Assembly (NCBI GenBank): GCA_051362555.1
Contig: CM120642.1
Location: forward strand, 26,536,001-26,600,000
DNA from: Lingula anatina
Lineage: Eukaryota > Animalia > Brachiopoda
Length of the DNA: 64,000 nucleotides
Direction of reading: 5' to 3'
The notes beneath the pieces are model-generated. The model was not told the DNA's origin and did no database searches. It saw only the letters and a program-made list of their open reading frames with translations. Made by a program: the position numbers and the translations under genes. Numbering within the stretch: position 1 is the first letter of the stretch; the number at the start of each line of letters is the position of its first letter. Shown piece after piece: positions 1-11,543 of the stretch.

Positions 1-2982
1 CTGTAGCACGCTGTGGGTGGGATGGAGCAGTCTTTGCCCGTGAATCCTGCGCTGCATTTACAGCTATAGCCGTTGATTTCGTCAGAACATTTTCCGTTGT
101 TTTGACACGGCGAAGACTGACATTCGTCGATATTTGTTTCGCAATTTTTCCCGGTGAAACCAGCAGGACAAATACACCTGTAGTCAGGGTGGTCGGGTTT
201 CCACACGTTTTCACAGGTACCTTGAATTGATTAAAAAAGATAAACAAAAGATAATGAGAGGTTAAAAAAAGTAAGAAAGAAAAACATCATAGGGATTTGA
301 ATTAAAGTTAAATGTTTTTCGTTTGTGTTTACAAACAAACAAATACTAAGACATCATAAAATTTGTTTCATATAATTATGTATTGTAGGTCTCTGGAAGG
401 AAGGGAGAAGGTATGACAATAAAACAATATTAGCAGATGGTTATTTCACAAATGTAACAAGAAGGGAGATAAGAAAAAGGCAGGTTATATAAAGTGTAAA
501 AATGTCACATATTTTTTGTTAGCAATGGCGCTACCTACCCCGTTGGCACGGATGATTCCGGCATAACTTAACTCTTTGGTCGCAGTTGATTCCTTGATAT
601 CCCTCCCTACATACACATCTATAACTGCCGATAGTGTTTATACACCTTTCTGAAGATAATGAAGGAATTTAGAGTTAATCTAAAGTTGTCTATTAATCAT
701 TTTCTATGACAAAGATTTAAATATAGGAGCTTTCCCATCTTGTAAAATAAGGAGACAGTGGTTATCTGTTCTGAAACCGCTTTCACATAAACACATAGCA
801 GTGCTACTCATGAGTTTTCAACACCAATGAAAGAAGAGACTGTAAACATGTCACAGTAATCAGAAAAATGAAAAATATTTAACAATTCATTATCCGACTG
901 GTAAAATGTACTTGCTTCTCTTGGTGGTATGTCCACCACTAGTTTAATAATATTATAACAGGGTGCCATTGGGTATTTCTGTTACCCGTGAAAGCCACTT
1001 TTTATTTCTCGAGATGCGTGAACGTTCATTTTACTTAACGTGATCCGCAACCACCCCATTCGTGAATGCGGCTTTTTATTCTCCGTCCTTCGTGAAACGA
1101 AGTCATTATGCCCGGTGATTCGTGATTTAGAAGATTCGGTTGGCATTAACAGTGAGATATTTATTTATTTATTTATTTATTTTTTGTGAACTGATGATTT
1201 TATTTTCCGTAAACTGTGATCCTACCCCCATTGGACCATCTAATAAGCTTCATTATATTATTGTAATTGTACACTACTGTAAGTCATAGGCACTTAAAGT
1301 TAACGCAGATAACTAATACTATTGCGTAAACCAAGGAATTATATCGTAGACGATGTAATTCCCTGCGTCAACTAAACCCCAATTTAAAGCTGATAAATAA
1401 TCAATTTGAATTTAAAAACAAATATAGTGATAAAATCCAACGAAAGAGATGACACATTACACGGAAAGGCCTTTAATGGTAATCAATAATTATAAATATC
1501 CGCATGTGAAAAGTCAGTAAATGATCAAAAAACTTATCAATGAAAATAAACGTGTTTAAATACATGTAGCTAGCCATTGTGATACTAACATAAGGCAATT
1601 AACAGAAGTTTTTCAATCTGGAAATAACAGAATCCTGAAATATATCATTTGACTTCATTTGTGTTCTTTAGCTTGACTTTTTAACATCCATTTTAGTTGC
1701 GGTTAATAATAATAATAATAATAATAATAAATGTACTGAATATTTTAAAAGGCGCAATAAAAACTCACCTTTTTCTTTGCAAAGTGTCACTCCGAGGGCT
1801 TTAAATTCATTGCATTCATCGATGTCAGTTGTGCAACTGGGATAACCCTTGTATCCAACCGGGCAATTACATAGTTGATGGAATTCGGGAAATACACTAT
1901 CTATCTGAGAAGCAAGCAATGCACTCATTTTGGCAAGTGCTTTGGGAGTTAGTTTCTTGGGTTTGGTATACACTTGTGCCTTGGGAGTTGGTTTCGTGGG
2001 ATTGACATACTCTTGTGTCTTGGGAGTTGGTTTCGAGGGTTTGGATTGCTTTGATGCCTTTTGAGTTGGTTTCTTGGGTGGTTTGGGGGCAGGTTTTTTA
2101 GCTCCAGTAGTGTGTGGGCCAAACAGCCCCGCGCAGTTGTAGACGATTTGTTGAGTGTCTGCTGTGCTGATGGACTGCTTGGATTTCTTTGTTGGAGGTT
2201 CCGCAGGCTGTAACGTATTTGGCGCAGAGCTTGGGACCGGAAAGAGTATATTCTTTATTGCCTCTAAAAAATAAGAAGAAAATTCCCACTAATATAATGA
2301 GAGCACAGTAATACTTCTGCACATCCAGCTAAGGTTCCCGAATAAAACGGAATCATTGAAATAATATGTCCATATTATAGACGTTCAGAATAAGTAGTCA
2401 GGCATACCAAGGATCCGATTCTGAATTTTGTGATTTTTCTTGTCTAGGTTTTCAATGACATTTGCTAAAATGTTATTTTGTATGACCGAATCATGAACAG
2501 CAAGTAAATTTTAAAATGGGTGACTTACCCAGAACAGTCTGGTCACAACTGTATCCCGCGTATCCCGTTTTACACATGCATACCTTCGATTGACAAATTT
2601 CTGAAAATTTAAATATATTAGTGAAAATAGTGCAATAAGGTTGAATACTTCTTATTTATGTTATCCGACAAAATGCAATACGTACCGGTCACTTAGTTTT
2701 TTTCAATGCATTTCATTTACAGGGCAAACATTACGTGTTTAGGGTGAATTTAAGTCTTTACCCAATATACCGAGGCCTCAAGAACAAAAAAATAAATTAT
2801 AAATAACGATCACAAGAATTATTAATAACGTCCACATCTGCAAGAATGTCAATTTTAGAAAGAGATTTCTATGACTCACCATTTACGCCGCATTGGCCTG
2901 GTTGTCCAGGAGTACACTTATGTGCTTCAGAGAGAAAAAATGCTAGTAAAAATACCGAAACAAACAACAGGATGCGAGACAT
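1..2982 (-). CDS. Secreted EGF-repeat protein, paralog A (runs off the left edge of the window)
   Basis: Phase-consistent GT-AG exons 2982-2880 (signal peptide [23 protein letters not shown]), 2600-2529, 2263-1769 (Lys/Pro/Thr loop then ..[21 protein letters not shown]), 649-539, 220-<1 (EGF repeats such as [16 protein letters not shown]). Confidence 0.85.
958..1241. mobile_element. Small non-autonomous TIR element (MITE-like) in intron 3 of paralog A
   Basis: Imperfect terminal inverted repeats (acagggtgccattggg ... cccattggaccatct) and internal CGTGA subrepeats; a second copy lies at 5297-5553. Confidence 0.45.
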
Positions 2983-4281
2983 TTTCGCTTTGCCCTCAGA
3001 GCCCTATCACAAGCAATGTTCAGTCAATAAATGACCGACGAAAAGGACAGGATCGAACGAGCGCGGGCTCGACGCCCATACGATGTGACATGTGACACTT
3101 TCATGCTGCTCTAGGTGGCAGATCACTTCAACGTTAACGCCAGGGTTAAGGATACACATGCATAGAAGGTGATTGGGCACTGCCATCTGCCCTCGTTGCC
3201 CGAAACCTGGATATAAAGCAGGACTTATATTTTATGTTCTTTAAAGTTTTAAAAAGTAGCTTTGGGATACCCAGACGAGGCGCTAATTGTATGGATGTAC
3301 CAAATATGTGAATTCTGTGTATTTTTTTATTCTGAAAAAGGGACCTTTCTGTTTCATCTACGTTTGGCGTATAAACATAAAAAATTGTAATCCCAGAAGC
3401 AAGTGTAATTTTAATGTAAACTGGTGGTGCTTTATATCAGAAATTATCATTTATAGATGTGAGTGTGGCTAAAATTAAATTAAATGTCCTGACAAATCGG
3501 TTATCACGACCATATCTGCAGAGAAGTACCGGTATTTGTTTGAAAAGTAAATAATTTTGACAGACATGTTTGGGTTGGTAGGAGTTCAATTGATCAGTCT
3601 AATTTTAAGTGCAAGTGAAATGATATTAAGGCCTGAGAGATAAATTGGTTTCGATGACGAGGGGTATGCTTTCATTTCACCTATCGGTGCTATCGGTGGC
3701 ATTCTTCAATATGAAATCACTTTTGTAATAGACGTAATTCCAAACTTTAGTAGTATGAAAACAATTTAAATTGAGATTCTAGTGACTGTCATACAGATAT
3801 GATTATGTTGGCTGATTGTTTTTTTTTTCGAACACGCGTACAGCGGCATTTTGGAAAAAGACCCAAGAGTGATGGTTTTTAAAAAATATATATCAGAAAT
3901 ACATACCAAATGCTAATTATCGTTTTTTTAATATTTGGGGTTAAGAGAAACGTTGAGCAGTTATTCCTATCATTTCTAAACTTTCATAAATTTTTATCAT
4001 GGTTCAAGGCCCTTAATGATGCATGCAAATTACCCGATGCTATAAAATAAAACTAAATAAAACCAAATAAAACTCTTAGGTATTCATCCTTTACGTAAAT
4101 TTTCGATATAATTGTATGTTGAAAAGATCAATATGTAGTTCTTAAACAAATAAAATAGGTCCAGAACACTTTGGTAACTAAAGCAATTAGGAATGAGTTT
4201 ATTATCATATAATTAATATTAATTGCCAATTAGGCCTATAATTCAGATTGATTTCATTTTACAGCTCCATAGCTTTTCATC

Positions 4282-7200
4282 TCACACGCAGGTATAAGTC
4301 CCAAAGCTTTCTTGACAGTTTCCGTTATTCTTACAAGGTTGGCTATAGCACGCTGTAGGTGGGATGGAGCAGTCCTTGCCCGTGAATCCTGCGCTGCATT
4401 TACAGCTATAGCCGTTGATTTCGGCAGAACATTTTCCGTTGTTCTGACACGGCGAAGACTGACATTCGTCGATATTTGTTTCGCAATTTTTCCCGGTGAA
4501 ACCAGCAGGACAAATACACCTGTAGTCAGGGTGGTCGGGTTTCCACACGTTTTTACAGGTACCTTTAATTGATTAAAAAAGATAAACAAAAGATAATGAG
4601 AGGTTAAAAAAGTAAGAAAGAAAAAAATCATAGGGATTTGAATTAAAGTTTAATGTTTTTCGTTTGTGTTTACGAACAAACAAATACTAAGACATCATAG
4701 AATTTGTTTCATATAACTATGTATTGTAGGTCTCTGAAAGGAAGGGAGAAGGTATGACTGTAAAACAATATTAGCAGATGGTTATTTCACAAATGTAACA
4801 AGAAGGGAGATAAGAAAAAGGCAGGTTATATAAAGTGTAAAAATGTCACATATTTTTGTTAGCAATGGTGCTACCTACCCCGTTGGCACGGATGATTCCG
4901 GCATAACTTAACTGTTTGGTCGCAGTTGATTCCTTGATATCCCTCCCTACATACACATCTATAACTGCCGATAGTGTTTATACACCTTTCTGAAGATGAT
5001 GAAGGAATTTAGAGTTAATCTAAAGTCGTCTGTTAATCATTTTCTATGACAAAGATTTAAATATAGGAGCTTTCCCATCTTGTAAAATAAGGAGACAGTG
5101 GTTCTCTGTTCTGAAACCGTTTCACATAAACACATAGCAGTGCTACTCATTAGTTTTCAACACAAATGAAAGTAGAGACTGTAAACATGTCACAGTAATC
5201 AGAAAAATGAAAAATATTTAACAATTCATTATCCAACTGGTAAAATGTACTTGCTTCTGTTGGTGGTATGTCCACCACTAGTTTAATAGTATTATAAGAG
5301 GGTACCATTGGGTATTTCTGTTACCCTTGAAAGCCACTTTTTATTTCTCCGCAACCACCCCATTCGTGAATGCGGCTTTTTATTCTCCGTCCTTCGTGAA
5401 ACAAAGTCATTATGCCCGGTGATTCGTGATTTAGAAGATTCGGTTGGCATTAACAGTGAGATATTTATTTATTTATTTATTTATTTATTTATTTTTTGTG
5501 AACTGATGATTTTATTTTCCGTAAACTGTGATCCTACCCCCATTGGACCATCTAATAAGCTTCATTATATTATTGTAATTGTACACTACTGTAAGTCATA
5601 GGCACTTGAAGTTAAAGCAGATAATACTATGCGTAAACCAAGGAATTATATCGTAGACGATGTAATTCCCTGCGTCAACTAAACCCCAGTTTAAAGCTGA
5701 TAAATAATCAATTTGAATTTAAAAACAAATATAGTGATAAAATCCAACGAAAGAGATGACACATCTCACGGAAAGGCCTTTAATGGTAATCAATAATTAT
5801 AAATATCCGCATGTGAAAAGTCAGTAAATGATCAAAAAACTTATCAATGAAAATAAACGTGTTTAAATACATGTAGCTAGCCATTGTGATACTGACATAA
5901 GGCAATTAACAGAAGTTTTTCAATCTGGAAATAACAGAATCCTGAAATATATCATTTGACTTCATTTGTGTTCTTTAGCTTGACTTTTTAACATCCATTT
6001 TAGTTGCGGTTAATAATAATAATAATAATAATAATAAATGTACTGAATATTTTAAAAGGCGCAATAAAAACTCACCTTTTTCTTTGCAAAGTGTCACTCC
6101 GAGGGCTTTAAATTCATTGCATTCATCGATGTCAGTTGTGCAACTGGGATAACCCTTGTATCCAACCGGGCAATTACATAGTTGATGGAATTCGGGAAAT
6201 ACACTATCTATCTGAGGAGCAAGCAATGCACTCATTTTGGCAAGTGATTTGGGAGTTAGTTTCTTGGGTTTGGTATACACTTGTGCCTTGGGAGTTGGTT
6301 TCGTGGGATTGGCATACTCTTGTGTCTTGGGAGTTGGTTTTGTGGGTTTGGCATACTCCTGTGTCTTGTGAGTTGGTTTTGTGGGTTTGGCATACTCTTG
6401 TGTCTTGGGAGTTGGTTTCGTGGAATTGGCATACTCTTGTGTCTTGGGAGTTGGTTTTGTGGGATTGGCATACTCTTGTGTCTTGGGAGTTGGTTTCGTG
6501 GAATTGGCATACTCTTGTGTCTTGGGAGTTGTTTTCTTGGATGGTTTGGGGGCAGGTTTTTTAGTTCCAGTAGTGTGTGTGCCAAACAGCCCCGCGCAGT
6601 TGTAGACGATTTGTTGAGTGCCTGCTGTGCTGATGGACTGCTTGGATTTCTTTGTTGGAGGTTTCGCAGGCTGTAACGTATTTGGCGCAGAGCTTGGGAC
6701 CGGAAAGAGTATATTCTTTACTGCCTCTAAAAATAAGAAGAAAATTCCCACTAAGGAGAGCACAGTAATACTTCTGCACATACAGCTAATGTTCCCGAAT
6801 AAAATGGAATCATTGAAATAATATGTCCATATTATAGACGTTCAGAATAAGTACTCAGGCAAACCAAGGATCCGATTCTGAATGTTGTGATTTTTCTTGT
6901 CTAAGTTTTCAATGACATTTGCTAAAATGTTATTTTGTATGACCGAATCATGAACAGAAAGTAAATTTTAAAATGGGTGACTTACCCAGAACAGTCTGGT
7001 CACAATTATATCCCGCGTATCCCGTTTTACACACGCATACCTTTGATTGACAAATTCCTGAAAATTTAAATATATTGGTGAAAATAGCGCAATAAGGTTA
7101 AATATTATTTATTTGACTAAATCGATACGTACCGGTTATTTAGTATATTTTCCCCTGCATTCCATTTACAGGGCAAACATTACGCCCTTATGGTCAATTT

Positions 7201-7425
7201 TTGTCTTTACATAATATACCAAGGTCCCAAGTACCAAAAGTTAGTTGTGAATAACGCCCTTGTAAATAACGTCCACATCTGCAAGAATATACATTATATA
7301 GAAAGACATTTCTACGACTCACCGTTTACGCCGCATTGGTCTGGTTGTCGAGGAGTACACTTTTGTGCCTCAGAGAGAGAAAATGCTAGTAAAAATACCG
7401 AAACAAAAAACAGGATGCGCGCCAT
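4282..7425 (-). CDS. Secreted EGF-repeat protein, paralog B, C-terminally truncated (possible pseudogene or short secreted form)
   Basis: Exons 7425-7323 ([23 protein letters not shown]), 7057-6986, 6726-6076, 4989-4879, 4562-4282. The frame stops mid-EGF (..FGTYTCV*) exactly where the sequence switches to the upstream DNA of paralog A. Confidence 0.8.
5297..5553. mobile_element. Copy of the MITE-like element in intron 3 of paralog B
   Basis: agagggtaccattggg ... cccattggaccatct ends; lacks a short internal segment present in the 958-1241 copy. Confidence 0.45.
6263..6535 (-). repeat. Coding minisatellite, 7 x 39 bp (13-aa unit [13 protein letters not shown])
   Basis: Direct repeats of ttgggagttggtttcgtgg..ggcatactcttgtgtc; paralog A has 3 units at 1956-2072, and the exon length difference is 156 = 4 x 39. 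Confidence 0.95.
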
Positions 7426-10400
7426 TTTCGCTTTGCCTTCAGAGCCCTATCAGAAGCAATGTTCAGTCAATAAGTGACCGACGAGAAGGACAGGATCGAA
7501 CGAGCGCGGGCTCAACGCCCATACGATTTGGCATGTGACACTTTCACGCTGCTCTAGGTGGCAGATCACTTCAACGCTAAGGACGGGGTTAAGGATACAC
7601 ATGCATATAACGTGATTGGGCACTGTCATCTGCCCTCGTTGCCCGAAACCTGGATATAAAGCAGGACTTATATTTTATGTTCTTTAAAGTTTTAAAAAGT
7701 AGCTTTGGGATACCCAGACGAGACCCTCATAGTATGGATGTACCCAAAATGAGAATTCTGTGCATTTTTTATTCTGAAAAAGGGACCTTTCTGTTTCATC
7801 TACGTTGGGCGTATAAACATAAAAAATGTAATCCCAGAAGCAACTGTAATTTTAATGTAAACTGGTGGTGCTTTATATCAGAAATTATCATTTATAGATG
7901 TGAGTGTGGCTAAAATTAAATTAAATGTCCTGACAAATCGGTTATCACGACCATATCTACAGAGAAGTACCGGTATTTGTTTGAAAAGTAAATAATTTTG
8001 ACAGACATGTTTGGGTTGGTAGGAGTTCAATTGATCAGTTTAATTTTAAGTGCAAGTGAAATGATATTAAGGCCTGAGAGATAAATTGCTTTCGATGACG
8101 AGGGGTATGTTTTCATTTCACCTATCGGTGGCATTCTCAATATGAAATCACTTTTGTAATAGACGTAATTCTAAACTTTAGTAGTATGAAAACAATTTAA
8201 ATTGAGATTCTAGTGACTGTCATACAGATATGATTATGTTGGCTGATTTTTTTTTTTTTTTTTTTTTTTTACATTTTCCGAACACGCGTACAGCGGCATT
8301 TTGGAAAAAGACCCAAAATATATATCAGAAATACATACCAAATGCAGATTATCGTTTTTTTTTAAATATTTGGGGTTAAGAGAAACGTTAAGCAGTTATT
8401 CCTATCATTTCTAAACTTTCATAAATTTTTTATCATGGTTCAAGGCCCTTAATGATGCATGCAAATTACCGATGCTATAAAATAAAACTAAATAAAACCA
8501 AATAAAACTCTTAGGTATTCATCCTTTACGTGAATTTTCGATATAATTGTATGTTGAAATGATCAATATGTAGTTCTTAAACAAATAAATTAGGTCCAGA
8601 ACACTTTGGTAACTAAAGCAATTAGGAATGAGTTTATTATCATATAATTAATATTAATTGCCAATTAGGCCTATAATTCAGATTGATTTCATTTTACAGC
8701 TTCATAGCTTTTCATCTCACACAAAAGTTTTGACACGATATGTATATCAGCTTAGTACAAAAATGAAGTCAGAAATACACAGCAAGGATAAGTAAATAAA
8801 TTTTCAACATTTCAATATTGCTCTGGCCCCAGTTTCACAAAAAATCTTAAGTCATTTATTTCCCTGACTTAGTTGACTAGAATTTCCATGAGAGTGCTGT
8901 ACGTAACAATGTTTCTGATAGGGTAAAATGGGCGCATGTGACCATGTAACGTTGGTAATTAAGTTCTTAGCCAGGGAACCTGACTTCATTTTTTTTTTTT
9001 TTTTTTTTTTTTGAAACAGAGGCCTGTTTTGTCCACCGAAGTACATCCTGGCCACTGCAGCGGCATGCGGTCATTTCAGTAGCCTTCAATGCCTTCCCTA
9101 TCCACATATTTTCTCACTTGGCATGTTGTTACCCGTTTTGTAAAAATAGGGGAACAGCGAAACCGTTTATCATTATTTTTATGTTGATGTCATATTACAT
9201 CGGAGCGACGCCCTTTCCTTATTGTCACCTTAATGATGGCTGCCACAGCCTTGAAGCAGGACATCATGGGCGAAAGAAGTAAGAAGTGCAGGTTTCAGCA
9301 TGGCATTTTTCAACATTTTTCAGCATGGCATTTTTGTGTTTTCTGTACTGGCTGACATGAAATTTGGGAAAGCTGTCGAGTTTTAAGTGCCAGGAACAAG
9401 GTAAAACAGTATCAAGAAGACGTATTTAGTTAGAAGTCTGCGAACTATGGCCAATAAGTTCAAATGAATAAATATCAACCTTGAGGTTCGGTTCGCCTCC
9501 TCTGTGTGTTGCTGTCTAAAAAGGTCTGACAAGGTGGCAGCTTAACCATACAAATACAGGTGCACTATGCTCAACAAACACAATGACTTTATTTTCATTA
9601 TATCATGTAATTCCACGGTCTTTCTTATCTTAATAAAATAGCACATCTTAGTTAGTAAACAAAACTGACAGTGATATCACTGCAATCGAAGTTTAATCAT
9701 ACATATGGACACATTTGTATTTGCAAAAGATTGCTGCGCGTCCTAAAAAAAGCTAATTCAGTTTCATGATAAAGTGTAGTATATTGCATTGCCCAATGGT
9801 AATAATTATGAATATACGAGGTTCAATTTACTCATTATTTTACGAAAATCCTGCGAGAAAAGGCAACTAACCATATGTACAATATCTTTGGACCGTCTGT
9901 ACCTTCCATTAAGATTTCAAGGCGGAATCATAAAAAATTAGAATACAGCATTTCGCTATAACCATGACCAAATAGCATACTATCTACTTGAAATATATAG
10001 ACACACATGTCACTTAAATTTTATGATCTCGAAAAAAAAACGGAAGTACATTTTTTGCTCAGCACAAACACTCTTTGTCAATGGTCCAGAAAGAAGTAAA
10101 GCGGCGATAAGTGCTTCTGTACTTATAACAATGCAGTGTTAGTGTTAAGTAGGCCTGTAAGACACACTGTCCACGCTGACAATTTCGGGTCAGAAATTCG
10201 CAAGTTCATCTGACTATTGCGCAGTTTCAGTTATGATTCGACTATAATCTGCGTGTATAATTTCATAACATTTGCATAGCAAGCTAAGAAGCCGTCAAAT
10301 CATCTAGCAGCTTCTCAAATACAATTTCATGGCGTTTCGACGTTCCACCAGTTTTGTTTTGATCTTGAAAGTTATAGCATCAACTTTGACAACCATCAAC

Positions 10401-10713
10401 AAGCCAAATCTACACTACAGTTAGAATTAAGAATTAGTACACAAATCCAATATAAATGTTATCGTAGGTAAGTGCAAAATGCTTGAGCTTCGGCTACATG
10501 TACCACTGATTTCTAACAATGCTAGTTTAAATTTGAAAATAGACCTTATTTCGTCTATGACGTAAAGTCTTTACCAATGGTCAACGTTGTGATGCAAGAT
10601 AATATAAAAAAATTACATGTAACAGACAAAAACAATGCTTTTTGGCCCAAGCAAAATATATTATGAATTGGTTCCTAAAGAAAAGGGCCCTATCATTATT
10701 CGGACTACCTAAC

Positions 10714-11475
10714 TTAGTCATTGTAGATACCACCACGGGCTTTGTCGTACAGATATGGCGGAGGAGTGAAACCCGAGCAATTCAATTCAGAACAGCATTT
10801 CCCGGGCATGGGCGGGACCAGACGACAGCCATTGGGGATACCAACTTTCAGCCAGTCAAAGCACCTGTTACAAGATAAAGATACGTACATTTTTGAGTCG
10901 TTTGGGAATTTCATCTTGGTAAATATACGGGTTATTAAGTTATCTTTGGAGCAATTTCTAATAAATGAAATTTAAATGCCCCTGGAGCCTCATGTATAGG
11001 CCTATTTTAAGGTGTCTGTTGAATTTATTTTCAAATTTCACAGGCTCAGCAAATTTAAGGAAGGGAGAAAACAATCATGAATATGTATGCGTTGCTACTA
11101 ACGTTTCGTTTAATAAACGCTAGCCAGGCACGGATATTCACATTTGTATTTCTCACTTTTCCAACACTGGTGTAACTAGGTTTTCAAGCGTTCACTCAGA
11201 AGTGAAATGTTTTAAAAAGCTTCATTTTAGATACAAGGGCATCTACTCACATTGGCTCGCAATGTATAAAGTTGACTATCGCCTTCGCGCACAAACATTT
11301 TCTCTCACAGCCCTCATCCCATCTTTCTCCTTGCTTTGAAAGAGTGTTGTTCTCCAAACAGTAATCTAAAATACAAAATATTGTACAAAATTGTTTTAAG
11401 TACCCTTTTCTACATGCCATCTGCCCCACTTTTGCAACCGAACAAAACTAGCTGACTAAGGCAATTCTAAATGTT

Positions 11476-11543
<68 letters not shown>

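Larger units (their letters stand above)
4283..8722. repeat. ~4.4 kb tandem segmental duplication unit (copy 2; copy 1 is <1..4287)
   Basis: Position 1 aligns to 4343 and 4287 aligns to 8722, with near-identical introns and upstream DNA; CACAC is present at both ends (4283-4287, 8718-8722). Confidence 0.9.

Noticed and set aside
6263-6535. Regularly spaced repeats superficially like a CRISPR array
   Set aside because: Contiguous in-frame tandem units with no unique spacers, in a eukaryotic exon, with no cas genes.
6136-6779. Several overlapping ORFs with periodic sequences (e.g. [26 protein letters not shown])
   Set aside because: Alternative-frame and antisense shadows of the 39-bp coding repeat in paralog B.
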